From the NCBI GenBank assembly GCA_964016885.1, contig OZ024743.1, forward strand, positions 20,026,001 through 20,090,000: a stretch of DNA of 64,000 nucleotides, given 5' to 3'. Each line of letters begins with the position of its first letter. Positions within the stretch are counted from its first letter, which is position 1. The notes below the pieces were generated by a model. It saw only the letters and a program-made list of their open reading frames with translations. It was not told the DNA's origin and did no database searches. The stretch is from Eledone cirrhosa. Taxonomy: Eukaryota. Made by a program: the position numbers and the translations under genes. Below, in pieces: positions 12,190 through 25,494 of this stretch.

Positions 12190-13403
12190 CATCATCATGA
12201 TCATCATCATTTTACGTCTGCTTTTCCCTGCTAGCAAGGGTGGGACGGGTCCTATTCAGCACAGCATCTCTCCACTTGTCACGGTCCTTTGTCATCTCCA
12301 CCGTGAGATTCAGCAATCTGAGGTCTGCTCTCACCACCTCCGCCCATGTTTTTCGTGGTCTACCTCTACCACGTCTTCCTTCAACTGGCATTTCCTGGTA
12401 CTTCTTCACCCATCGGTCATCGTCCATGCGCATCACATGTCTATACCACCTTAGTCTCCTCTCCCATACAATACATTCTATCCCTCTCAGACACAGTTTC
12501 TCTCTCAACACATTCATGCTGGGTCGTTCACGCACATTGACACTGCACATCCAATGGAGCATGCTTGCCTCATTTCTCTCCAGCCATCGCATATCCTCTG
12601 CAGTTGCTGCCCATGTCTGACAACCATGCAGCATCGCGCACCTCACACAGGCATCATATAACCGGCCTTTTGTACGCAGGGAGAAATCCTTCTTCATCAG
12701 CAGAGGAAGCAGCTCCTTAAATGTCTTCCAACCCGTCCTTATTCTAGATACTATGGCCTCGGAACACCCCCCCATCCCATGCTAATCTGATCACCTAGGT
12801 ACCGGAAGCTATCAACCACTTCTATAGAACCCACCTGCATTTGAAAAATGTGTCTATCAATGCGACTTCTACTGTCTAATTTCCCTGTACATCTACTGCA
12901 TACATATTTCTCCCTACCTGTTAGTTTACCTGCTATCCCACTACATCTCTTGTGTACCCAGGATCTGCATTGTGTGCATTTTATAGAATTTATGCCAGTT
13001 CCTTTTCTGCATATCGAACATGGCCATTTCCCTGACAGAATCAGAGTTTTGTCCTTTTTTCTACTCATCAACACTTTTGTCTTAGCTAGGTTCACTCTCA
13101 GTCCTCTTAATTCCAACTGCTGTTTTCATAGCCAGAATTTATTCTCTAGCTCTTCTACTGATTCTACTATAAGAACCAAATCGTCAGCATAGAGAAGTTC
13201 CCAGGGGCAGTCAGTCTTAAACTCCTCTGTTATGGCTTGGAGGACTATAATGAACAAGAGTGGGCTGAGGACCAAACCCTGATGTACTCCTATTTGTATC
13301 TGGAATTCCTCACTAAACTCCATTCCTACCCTCACTTTACTGACAGCACCTGTGTACAAAGCCTGCACTGTCCTCACAAACCATTCCTCAACACTAAGTT
13401 TCG
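12190..13403 (-). mobile_element. RTE-clade LINE 3' fragment (subfamily A)
   Basis: ORFs 13126-13377 (WELLYADD), 12751-13116 (PHD) and 12212-12775, with a (GAT)n tail. Confidence 0.95.
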
Positions 13404-13869
13404 TTAGTGACCATCAGTAGTAATAATACTGACAATAGATACACTGGTGAGGTATAGAGGAAAATAGAGATGAGATAATGTGAAAGTCATTGTAACTTTC
13501 ACTGTAGTGATGTTTAAAACAGTAGAAAAAAATACTACTGATGAAAAGACAAAAATGAAAATTAATAGAAAGAAAATGCTCTGAGGCAGAAGTGAATAAA
13601 ACAATAAGAGAAATATTGAGAAATGAAGGAGATATAGAGAGCAGAGTAGGAGTAATGGATAAAGGTTAAAAAGTTTTTGAAAAGTTCATGGATTTGACCA
13701 CAAGAACTGGGACAGGTGTGAGGTTAGTATGTGGGTGGCATCAAATAATTTAGATATATGGTGCTTGTTAAATGATAAAAGGTGAATTTTGTTGGTGAGG
13801 CCCAGCAGGAAGATAGTGGCATTTATGAAAATGAGAATAATATTAATAATGATAATCATGGTATTAATA

Positions 13870-14065
13870 ATAATAATTGTTTCTACTTTTGGCACAAGGC
13901 CAGCAAATACCCAGTACATTACTGGTACTTTATTTTATCGACCCCATAAGGATGAAAGGCAAAGTTAACCTCGGCAGGATTTGAACTCAGACCGTAAAGG
14001 GACATAACTATACTGGAAAGCATGGCGTCTGACTCTCTACCGATACTGCCAATCCACCGCCCTAT
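13870..14065 (-). mobile_element. tRNA-derived SINE
   Basis: Full copy. The reverse complement starts ggcggtggattggcagtatcggtagag, has B-box gagttcaaatcc and an (ATT)n tail. Confidence 0.85.
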
Positions 14066-14419
14066 TAATAATAATAATAAAGGTAGAAATAGTGCCTGTA
14101 GTAGTTGGAGCACTTAGAACTGTGTTAAGAAAGTTAGGGGTTGGCTTGGGAAGCTCAGAATAGAAATAAAAACATACACATAGAAGTTTTGAGGAAAGTC
14201 TTAGAGACTTAAATTTGAAGGAAGCTTTTGAACCCCTAGTCATTTTTTATGATCTATTTCCCAAGCTTAATTTCGGTTACAGATCTGCCAGTATTCAAGA
14301 GAAGATAATATCTGATTTAGGCATAAGGCCTACAATTTTCATGAAGCAGAAAGTCAATTAAATAAACCTCAGTGTAGTACTGGTACCTTATTCTATTGAG
14401 CCTCAGAGAGGCTCGGCTG

Positions 14420-15290
14420 ATGGCACTTCCATGACTATAGAGAGTCAAACTGGTAATGCTTCCTGGTAACACTGTTAGGCCAAGGATTTCTGGGATTTTT
14501 CCATGGGCCCTGGACCACTGACCATACTGTCTGATTGGCAGATGGCTGTGAGCACTTCAAGACGTTCCAGTCTTCAAGCAATCTCTCACGGTTTTCATTT
14601 GACCCAGGATTGCAGCTCCGCGAAGGAGATAAGCTAAGGAGAAACATGTCTAGCAAACGGTGACCACACCTGTTCACCATTGAGGAAGAATTGGAGATGA
14701 CATAGCATCAGCGCATTTTTGCACATCATTAGCCACTGCATGTCCAGTCCTCCATGCAAAAATGCAGGTTTGCGAGGCTTTCACACCTTCCTCCCCGAGG
14801 TCTACTCTGTTGAGCAGCTATATTTGATTCTGGATATTGTCTGTTTCTTCTGGCTTCTCCAGAAGCAGAATCTCCAGGTCTATCCTTGACTAATTTTGTC
14901 TTTTATTCCTTTTCGCCTCAAGGAGTGTGTCCAGGTCTCTAAGGATAATGGAGGCCAATATCCACCCAGCATTCTCGGCCTGACAGTTCTCCTTGAAAGG
15001 TACATCAGATAAAAGACAAACTTTTCACTCCAACGGGGGGAACCATTGAATGGCTTTGCATGATGTCCTCACTTATGGTGAAGACCTCAATGCTAGCAAA
15101 ACTGTTTTGCTTCTTCTATATGGGCCACATTTGGCATTATGTCCTTTAGAGCCTTCTCCACATGAATAACTGTGGTAGGTTTGGCAAGTTGGCTTCATTG
15201 GGATACAGTTCTGTTGAAGACTGTTTTTCTGGACCTTTCTTCTACTGTTTTGGCTGGCACATTATTGCTGACTTCCCACCTTCAAATTTT
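14420..15290 (-). pseudogene. Possible decayed gag/ORF1-like retroelement fragment
   Basis: GC-richer block. The minus strand gives broken zinc-knuckle-like peptides (C..AW.TGH...; RCGH). It is heavily disrupted. Confidence 0.3.
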
Positions 15291-16564
15291 ATTATTTCTT
15301 TGACTTGAACCATTCAGTTGCTTTTTTTTTGTAGTGTTAGTGGCTGCGTTTTTTTTCACTTGTGTTGTCTGAAAAAAGTTTTTGTTTTTGTGTTGTTAAT
15401 GCTATTAATTTTCCATTGGTTTTGTTCTAGTTGCTGCTTTTGCTTTTGTCATTGTTGTCATCATTGTTTTTGTTGTTTGTTTGTGTTGTATTTTTGTTGT
15501 TGTTGTGGAGGTGTTGCCAGTAGTGGTGGTAGGAGCAGTGAAGGTGGTTCTAGTTTTCACTGTTGTGGCAGTAGAGGCAGCAGCATTCTCAATGGTAGAT
15601 ATTGGCAATGATAAAGAATTAAATTCATCTCCTGCTGTTGTTGTTGTTGTTGCTGCTGTCATTGATGTTGTCACTGTTATTGGTGTTATCATTACTTCTG
15701 CTGCTGTCATTGTTGACAGTTGCCATGTTGGTGAGGTGTGTAGTGATGGTGGTGGTAATATTGAAGCTCTTCCTAGAAGAAAAAACCTCAATATCCATCA
15801 TATTTTATTAACAAAAATTAGGGGGTGGGGGAGGACCCCAAATTAAATGCAACTGTAGCCCTTTAGAGGTCAAGGATAAGGGGAAAATAACTAGTCTCCT
15901 TGGAAACTGGCCAATTTAGACACAGAAATATCTAAAATTTCCTAACAGAAAAGTTTGTAAAACAGTTGAAAAGCAACAAACTTTTAGGAGCTGATTCAAA
16001 GATGTCTGAATCAAACAAGAGCAATAATAATGATTTCTGATTAAGGCACAAGGCCAGCAATTTTGGTGAGAGGGGAAAGTCAATGAAATCGACCCCAGTA
16101 CCTGACAAATACACATCAACAGTAATTGTGTAGCACATATACACAAACATATACAAATATATATTGCTGGTCATCATTCTCTTGTTTATATACCTTGTTA
16201 TCTTGAACAAACAAAGACATGAATAGTACAGAAGATTCTTTAGTCTTGCTGGGGGAAGGCAGCATCTCTAGTTCTGATGCCATAATAAAATGCACCTAGT
16301 ATAATCTGTAAACCAGTGTACAAATGAACCGGGACAAAATTAGGTACAGAGGTGTTTGTAAAGTAGTTGGCATTAGGATATATAGCTATAGAAACCATGC
16401 TAAGGATAAAACATAGAAGGGAAGTCTGATTCCCAGTCCATCTAAGAAGGTCAGTAACTCACAATAATAAGTTGTGATGGCTCATCTATTACATGGAAAG
16501 CAGATATAAAATGATTATATATGTTTGTCTGTGCGTGTGTGTTAATACAAATAATAATATAATA

Positions 16565-16760
16565 TAATTGTTTTTACTTTTTGCACAAGGCCAGCAATTA
16601 CCCCCAGTTCATTACTGGTGCTTTATTTCATCGACACTGTAAGGATGAAAGGCAAAGCTAACCTGGGTGGGTTTTGAACTCAGAACATAAAGAGCCATAA
16701 CTCTATGCTGCTAAGCATGATGCCTGATGGTCTACCGATACTGCCAATCTACCACTCTTA
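16565..16760 (-). mobile_element. tRNA-derived SINE
   Basis: Same family as 13870-14065. Partial copies also at about 14310-14405, 16025-16105 and 31130-31235. Confidence 0.8.
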
Positions 16761-18109
16761 ATATAATATGATAACAATTGTAGGCATATATAGGTATGAA
16801 ATAACGCGCATATGTGGGTGTTGTGTAGATATGAAATAGTCCATGTATAGGTGTGCATGTGTGGGTGTAATAAAATAGGGGAATTTTAATTTAAATTTTT
16901 GTATTCACCATAGTTTCCTGAGACATCAATTCGTTTTAACTTCTTTATTTTGACACATGTCTAAAACCTTTACAACATTTCTGTTACACATGTATAAATA
17001 TTTTCTTTTAACCTTTGGCTTTCAATAATTGTCCAGCAGCCAAAACAGATTCTAATTCAAAAACACAAATGCCTGTCTGTCCACCTGGTCTGCATTTCAA
17101 TTACTATGGTGACAAACAATTTGCACCATAACATAGAAACAAGAAGATAAAAGAAACAAGTAATAAGAAAAAAATTGCGTGCTTCATAAATGAGAGAAAA
17201 AAATTACGAGGAAAAGAGAGAATATTAAAGAATATAATCTCTTTTGTACCAGCCACGCTTTGTGTGGTAAATTGCTACTGGGGATCCTAATGCCTTAATG
17301 TAACCTAGATGCATTGAAGTGTAGGGAATTAACTGATATTTTAAAAATAATCATCGAATCAAGGCAAGATTAAACAATTTTTTACCATTTGCATCCATGA
17401 AATGTTAATATCATTTTTAGTTGGAAGAATTTTAAATAAATTCAAACAACAAAATTATCGAAATTTCAGATTTTCAATGAACTTCAATATTCTTTTTGCA
17501 AAATGCAAATGTAGCCTCAAAAGCTGAAAAAAGATAACATGCCATATACAGACAGGCTTATGAAAACAACATGCAATTAAATGGCCATAAAGTTTCAAAC
17601 ACTTTACTATCAGCATCCTAACACATTGCCACTTCAACACACTGGGCTAGAAGGGATTCCTGGAGACAGTATTTGTGTGACATCAAGTAAATAGAATGAC
17701 TAATGTCAAATCGTTCCATGCCCATACAACTAAAGTGACAGCAGACCCCAGATGGATGCACAAATGTTTCCTAGAAATATTTGTATGAAGTATGATGTTG
17801 TGTAGTAGTTCTACATGTGCATTGAAAACAGAGCATGTACAACAGTTAGAAAGAAATTATGTATAATGTTAATGTGCATAAAAACCAAAGCACAGATGTG
17901 TTGAAGGAAAAACTGGGCATAAGAGCAATCAAATGTAGCGTGCAAAAGAAATTTGTGATGGTCCAGACACATTATGTTTAGGAATAAAACAACATAAGAA
18001 AAGGATTAGAAAAAAATAGGCAGAAATGATGAGAGCTAATCTCAGAATGCTGAACCTCAGGTTGAAAGCCATCACTAATACTATACTCTGATTTTTTTAA
18101 TTACACACC

Positions 18110-20780
18110 ACAAACACAAAAGCCTTCCCTAGTGAGGAATGTACCTCCCAACATAGCTTAGTTGTCAGTGATCTTACGGTCACGACTAGACGAACCTGGA
18201 AACAGAGGCCAACCCGGAGAAGAATGATCTGGAAGCTGAAAGACCCCTCAGCCAGTAACAGATTTAAAGATATTTTACTTAACGCCTATGACAGTAAAGA
18301 ATAACAGATAGAGACATTCAATGTAGAAGAGCACTGGGAGTTCCTAAAAAATAACTTACTAGAGGCGACGGATGAGGTCTGTGGTTGGAGTAAGACCACA
18401 AGCAGGAGGAGAGTGACTTGGTGGTGTAACAATAAGGTAGATGAGGCAATTAAGGCCAAGAGACAGGCATGGAAATAATGGAAGAACGGGGGGAGCAGGG
18501 TACGTTACATAGAGACCAAGAGGGAAGCTAGGCAACAAGTATACTTAGCTAGGAGGGAAGCAGAGGATAGAAAATCCAAGCATGTTTTGCAACGTGAGGA
18601 CCAGAAACAGGAGGTGTTCAAGATTGCGAGGCAGTGTGTCAGAGGGAATTGTGATGTCATTGGAGAGAAGTGTATCTGGAATGATAAAGGTGAGCTTGCC
18701 CTCACAAGTGCTGAGAAGAAAGATGCATGGAAGAGCCATTATGATAGATTACTAAATGAGGAGAATGCATGGGAAGAAGAGACCCAACCCCAAGTAGACC
18801 CTATAGAGGGACCAGCAGTACAAGTCAGCAGCAGCGTAGTAAGTAAGGCAATCAAAGATATGAAGATGGGGAAGGCAACCGGTCCATCAGGTATAGCTGC
18901 CAAGATGCTGAAGGAATCTGGGTCTGTAGGTCACTCTATAACCACACGTATTGTTAACCAGGTAATACTAGGTGTCATACCAAAAGATTGGTGTAGTAGC
19001 ATCATTGTCAACTGCTACAAAGGTAAAGGTGATGCACTAGATAGAGGAAACTATAGAGGTATAAAGCTGATGGACCAGGTCATGAGAGTAACAGAAAGAG
19101 TTATAGCACAGTTGATTAGGGACCGGGTGAAACTAGATGAGATGCAATTTCCTTGTGAGGCAGTTACAGGATGCCCTCTTCCTTGTGAGGCAGTTACAGG
19201 AAAAGTACCTAGCTAAAAGTAAGCCACTCTACCTGGCATTCGTCGATCTCGAGAAAGCCTTTGACAGAGTTCCATGTGCTATAATCTGGTGGGCTCTTAG
19301 AAAACTAGGAGTAGATGAATGGCTTGTGAAAGCTGTACAAGCCATGTATAGGGGAGCAGTCAGCAAAGTTAGGATTAGCAATGAGTATAGCGAGGAATTT
19401 AACGTACAGGTTGGTGTCCACCAGGGCTCTGTTCTTAGCCCTCTCCTGTTTATCATAGTCCTGCAGGCAATAACGGAGGAGTTTAAGACCGGATGCCCAT
19501 GGGAACTCCTGTATGCTGATGACCTCGCACTTATAGCTGAATCTATGGTAGAACTAGAGAAGAAATTCCAAACTTGGAAGCAGGGACTAGAAAGAAATGG
19601 TCTCAAAGTCAACATGACAAAGACTAAGGTCCTTGTAAGTAGACAAGAAAACAGAACCCAGATCCCTTCAGGGAAACGGCCTTGCTCAGTATGTAGGAAA
19701 GGTGTAGGTAGGAACTCCATTCTCTGCCCCAAATGCAAACAATGGGTACACAAGAGATGTAGTGGGATCTCAGGAAGCTTAATTAAGAATATAGGCTTCA
19801 CATGCAGCAGCTGTGCTGGGACAGCAAGCAGCAAACAGCCACAGGAAACAAGTACCACCAATCTCTGGGAGGGCTCTGTAGAAACAGTAGACAGCTTCTG
19901 CTACCTAGGTGACCGAATTAGTAGCGGAGGTGGGTGTTCAGAAAGTACAATAACTAGGGTAAGAACAGGATGGAAGAAGTTCAGGGAACTACTGCCACTG
20001 CTAGCTGCAAAAGGCTTCTCCCTCAAAATGAAAGCCATACTGTATGATGCGTGTATCCGAACAGCAATGTTACATGGTAGTGAGACCTGGGCGCTGAAGG
20101 TGGAAGACTTACGTAGATTAGAGAGAAACGAAGCCTGCATGTTCCGATGGATGTATAATAGTAATATACGTGAATGACAAAGCATAAATGAATTGAGAGA
20201 GAGACTGAGCATAAGAGGAATCAAATGCTGTGTGCAGGAGAGGCGGTTGCGTTGGTATGGACATGTGATGTGTATGAAGGATGACAGCTGCATAAAAAGG
20301 TGCAGAGCACTAGAAATCAATGGAAACTGCGGACTGGGGAGATCCAAGAAGACCTGGGATGAGGTGATAAAAACAGACCTTACCCAATTACACCTCTCAA
20401 AGGCGATGACACATGACCGCGACTTCTGGCGTCACGCAGTAATACAGAGTACCCGACCTCCTATGGGTACAAGCTGAAGCATATAGACAATATGCCCCAC
20501 ACCCTCCCACTGCAAGGTGGTCGTGGAGGTGCCACGGCAAAAAAGCACCCAGCACTCACTGTAAAGTGGATGTGTAGGCGCCACAGAAAAAGCACCCAGC
20601 ACTCACTGTAAATGAGGTTGGTGTTAAGAAGGGCATCCAGCTGTAGAAATCAAGGCAAAATCAGTTCCTGTATGAGCAAGGCATGGTCAGCCGACCAGAC
20701 ACTGCCCACAACAGGACAACCCGTCTAACCCATGCTAGCATGGAAGAACGGACGTAAAACGGTGATGATGATGATGATGA
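18110..20780 (+). mobile_element. RTE-clade LINE, 5'-truncated (subfamily B), disabled
   Basis: ORFs 18587-19216, 19137-20177 (WELLYADD, PHD) and 20193-20477, broken by stops and frameshifts. ~280-nt 3' UTR and (GAT)n tail. Confidence 0.96.
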
Positions 20781-21923
20781 AACATACCTGTAACAAACAA
20801 ATAAACTAAAACATACACATGCACACCACACTACAAAAACAAACATATATATAATATATATATGTATATATATATATGTATATATATATATATACAATAT
20901 ATATAAACCCCTTTTTTTTTTCTTTCTTTCCCCCAACTATATTTCTCTGACTAAGTTTTGATCCCATCACACTTGCAATAAGACACGCACACACACACAC
21001 ACATATATATATATATACACACCCACATATACACACTCATACACTCTAAAACCATATTCCTCAAGTAGAATTTCTTTTAGAATCCTATACCTCTGACAAT
21101 CTTATATACCTCTCTTCCCTCTAGCAATTGTCTCTAGCTTACATTTCTCTTCTGAACTCTTGACCAGTCCTTTAACACAATTGAGATTCACACATATATA
21201 TACAGAAAAATTCCTCTCCCTAGAAATAATTTTGTTCTGTGCATAGACACAACTACCATTACCACCGCTACAACTACCTCTCTCTCTATATATATATAAG
21301 GTTCCATTTTTAGACCCAATCTTCTTCTCAACAAGAAAGATGAACAGACCTTCTTCAGCACATAATTTCAAATTTCAAATTTTTTATTCTTTTTAATTGT
21401 AATATTCAACATTTGATAAGATGGATTACACTGATACAATGAAACCGGTTATATTTTATATACATTATAAAACTCCTTTTTTTTTTTTAAATATTCCTCT
21501 CATTTTTTCAATAATGTCACTTTGTTTGATCAAAGAAGAAAAGAAGAAAAACAGATCCTTTAAATATATTTTCCGTGCTGTTTCCAATCTCACTTTCTCT
21601 CTCTATATATATATATAATATATAGGAAAAGAGTCAGGACCCTGATGACTGAGCTCTGGCCGTTTTAACAGCTAGGTCTGAACTATATATATATATATGA
21701 ATTTTCATAAAATTGTAGTATTCTCAGCGTGAAGGGTAGCCGTAAGCAGCTGGATACTATATGTATAGTAAAAAGTCAAGTTAAGATATAAACTCATATC
21801 GAATGGAGATTGGGAGAGAAAAGAAGAAAAAGAGTCTAAAGCGTGAGATGAGAAATGAGAAGCATACAGAAAGAGGGGAAATGAGAGGAGAAAAGCAGAA
21901 ACGAGATTGATGGAGAATTACAA

Positions 21924-21990
21924 GTCCCACCCTTGCAAGCAGGGAAAAGCGGACGTAAAATGATGATGATGATGATGATAATGATGATGA
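21924..21990 (+). mobile_element. Extreme 3' tip of RTE subfamily A
   Basis: cccacccttgcaagcagggaaaagcggacgtaaaa(tga)n matches 10388-10440. Confidence 0.85.
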
Positions 21991-22316
21991 TAAAAAAGAT
22001 GGAGAAAGCAAACTGACAAGAAATAGAACTGTGGAAAATCATCAGCTTCCTTTAAGTCTAAAATAGTTTCTTGTGGTAGAGGAAGGACTATGTATATAAG
22101 TTTTACCGGCACAACAGAACTTGGATTTCTGTTGTTTTGACACTGGAACAGGGGAACAAGAGAGCACAGCTTGGTGTGGACGCACCCCACTCAACAATTA
22201 AGGACTAGCAAATTTAAGATAAAAAGTTATTCATCACTAATGCACTTCGATATCTTGATGAAAAGAATCAGAGATGCATTTAAAATATAGTTTAACTAAT
22301 ACCAAAACATCTGCTA

Positions 22317-22367
<51 letters not shown>

Positions 22368-22373
<6 letters not shown>

Positions 22374-22910
22374 CAAATAACGAAACGAAATTAAATTTCG
22401 TTTCGTTTGTAACTCACTTTTGTATGACTGACGCTTAAACAATTAAGTTAAAAATGTACATCTACATATGCATACTGAAATACTAGTGTGTATATGAATA
22501 CACACACGTATACATATGTATATGTAACAAGTCTTTCACTGGTTGCTTTACTGTGAGCAACCCAGCTATTCTGTATGTAAACACACAGACAAACCGGTTT
22601 TTAGAGTCATACTGGTTTTCGGGGGAACACCTTCCCTCTATTCTCCAGAAAGCCAGACAAGGAATATTGAACTAGTTTCGTTGTTGTTACAACTCATCAG
22701 CAATATTTACCTATCTACCGGCCCTTCTGGAGAATTGTAAAAGCACATATCGTTATATGCTTTTTCTATGAAAATTAGTAGTGGGCAGACTAATTTGCAT
22801 AGAGTGTGAGTACGCACCGGTTCAGCGGAGACGATAAAAACAAATAACGAAACGAAATTAAATTTCGTTTCGTTTGTAAATATAAATTAAATTTCGTTTC
22901 GTTTGTAAAT
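22368..22910. mobile_element. (TA)n-inserted non-coding element with direct terminal repeats
   Basis: taaaaacaaataacgaaacgaaattaaatttcgtttcgtttgtaa at 22368-22412 and 22836-22880 (partly repeated again to 22910), with TA tracts on both sides. Confidence 0.65.
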
Positions 22911-23004
22911 ATATATATATATATAATAAGGGTTATTCTGTAACTTTTTGATTACTTTCGGTGGCGGCATTATAAGCATTTGATACTATTATTAGAACAG
23001 GGTG

Positions 23005-23228
23005 AGGGCGGTGGATTGGCAATATCAGTAGAGGCTCGAATGCCATACTTTGCAGCATAGAGTTACGGCCCTTTATGATATGAGCTCAAATCTCGCTGAG
23101 GTTAACTTTGCCTTTCATCCTTACGGGGTCGATAAAATAAAGTACCAGTCCCACACTGGGGTCAATTTAATTGACTGTCCCCTTCCCCAAAATTGCTGGC
23201 CTTGTGCCTATATAAGAAACCATTATTA
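23005..23228 (+). mobile_element. tRNA-derived SINE, full length
   Basis: A-box-like tggcaatatcagt, B-box-like gagctcaaatct and the conserved body. ttattagaacagggtga occurs on both sides and looks like a target-site duplication. Confidence 0.88.
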
Positions 23229-24029
23229 GAACAGGGTGATTCACAAGGAAATTTGTACTGCTCATAGTATGTGTGTTGAATATTTGTAATTAGCAGAAGG
23301 GATATATTGTCTTTCATTCTAAAATGTTTCTATTGCATATTGACTATTATATATGTTTCTCAGATGATTGAGTCTAGGTCTTTATCGATGTGATAGACAT
23401 GGCTCCTGTATCGATTTGCTCATCAGATGTGTGAATTCAAATCAAAACATTTCCATCTCTGTCATGTTGATATGCAATAATAACATTTTAAAGTGAAACA
23501 TCCTTATTTCATACACAATATATATCATAATCATAACCATCGTTGCTTAATGTCCATCTTGCATGCTTGCATGGGTTAGATGGTTTGTCACGTTATGTGG
23601 TTTGTCAGGTCCAGAGACCACATCTTTCTTATATGAATCTCTATTTTGGCTCAGTTTCTACAACTGGATGACCTCCCTACCACCAACAGTGTTACAGTGT
23701 GGACAATGTGATTCTGATCATGGCACCAAAATTACCACCTTACAAGATGAACTGGGTACTTTTTGTCATGTCTCATACACAACCACTTTACAGTGTAGAC
23801 TGAATGCTTTTTCTTGCACCACCATCCTAAACACCTGACACGATGGACTGGGTGTTTTGGTTGTTGCGGTGCCAGATCAGCATACAGGGTGGACTTTGTG
23901 CATATATATATATATATGTATATATATATCTACATACATATGTATGTGTGTGTATTTATATATGTATATGTATATATACATATATATACATATACATCTA
24001 AAATGTCTAAAGTCTGTCTTAAGTCAGCA

Positions 24030-24292
24030 GGCTCATTTGGCCAGTGCTTATCCTGGTTTCATGGCATGAAGCAACTGAGAGTACAATAACCCCCCCACCC
24101 CACCCTCCCCACTGGACAGGATGCCAGTCCATCGCAGGGTTAAACCTACAGTTATTGCTGGAACTCATTTTCAGCTGAGTATACTGGAGCAATGTGAAAT
24201 GAAGTGTTTTGTTCAAAAACACAACACACAACTCAGGAATCAAACCCATGACATTTTTTATCATAAGTCCAACACCTTTACCACTAGGTAAT
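24030..24292 (-). mobile_element. Second SINE family (tRNA-derived)
   Basis: The minus strand starts cctagtggtaaaggtgttggac...gggtttgattcc (A/B boxes) and continues ttcatttcacattgctccagtatactcagctg. Confidence 0.7.
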
Positions 24293-24629
24293 GTTCTACC
24301 ACTATACATATACATACATATTGATGTATTGAAGGCTTCTTTGGTTTATTTTCATAATTCTTCGGCTCTGTTTAATTACATTGAGCTATATCTTTACTGT
24401 CATTTCTATATGAAGAGGGTGTTTAACTCCAACACACTCTAGTATTTTAATTCTCATACATATATATACATATATACATATATGTTAGTTAACTCCTCCT
24501 CGAATTGCACAATATAAGTCTAACACCTTTACCACTAGGTAATGTTCTACCACTATACATATACATACATATATATATATATGTTAGTTAACTCCTCCTC
24601 GAATTGCACAAAAATCTAGTACATATATA

Positions 24630-25219
24630 TCATCATCACCGTTTTACGTCCGTTCTTCCACGCTAGCATGGGTTAGACGGGTTGTCCTGTTGTGGGCAGT
24701 GTCTGGTCGGCTGACCATGCCTTGCTCATACAGGAACTGATCTGGCTTGATTTCTACAGCTGGATGCCCTTCCTAACACCAACCTCATTTACAGTGAGTG
24801 CTGGGTGCTTTTTCGTGGCGCCTACACGTCCACTTTACAGTGTGGGCTGGGTGCTTTTTTGCCGTGGCACCTCCACGACCACCTTGCGGTGGGGGGGGGG
24901 GGGGGCATATTGTTTATATGCTTCAGCATGTACCCATGGGAGGTCGGGTACCCTGTATTACTGCGTGACGCCAGAAGTCACGGTCGTGTGTCATTGACTT
25001 TGAGAGGTGTAGTTGGGTAAGGTCGGCTTTTATCACCTCATCCCAAGTCATCTTGGGTCTCCCCACTCCGCGGTTTCCATCAACTTCTAGTGCTCTGCAC
25101 CTTTTTATGCAGCTGTCATCCTTCATACGCATCACATGTCCATACCAGCGTAACCGCCTCTCCTGCACGCAGCATTTGATTCCTCTTATGCTCAGTCTCT
25201 CTCTCAATTCATTTATGCT
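24630..25219 (-). mobile_element. RTE LINE 3' fragment (subfamily B)
   Basis: ORF 24923-25207 is nearly the same peptide as 20193-20477, followed by the same 3' UTR and tail. Confidence 0.95.
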
Positions 25220-25494
25220 TATATATATATATGAAATATATATTTATTTATATACAATACATTTAATCAACTTATCTAGTTCCATTGGAATAAGAAAATG
25301 CCCTCAGCTCACACTGAATGATGACACACTCTACATTAAAGATGACAGATTGTCTCCATTGCTTAGTTTGCCAGATGATGTGGATGGAAATGGCTGACAA
25401 TAGCCCATCAGACATGTTCAATTCATTCCAGTAGGGAGAGCCAGAATATGCTTTTATATACACTCCAATTAGATATACATGAATTGATGATCAT

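Noticed and set aside
15318-15846. Thr/Val/Cys-rich ORFs
   Set aside because: Degenerate (GTT/GCT/GGT)n low-complexity sequence.
17070-17130. MPVCPPGLHFN, similar to a chitin-binding (CBM14) motif
   Set aside because: The other cysteines are missing, a stop follows within about 10 codons and no clear exon boundaries are visible.
25272-25463. Non-repetitive block with short ORFs next to the satellite, a possible host exon
   Set aside because: No recognisable protein similarity or convincing splice sites. Cannot be supported without RNA data.
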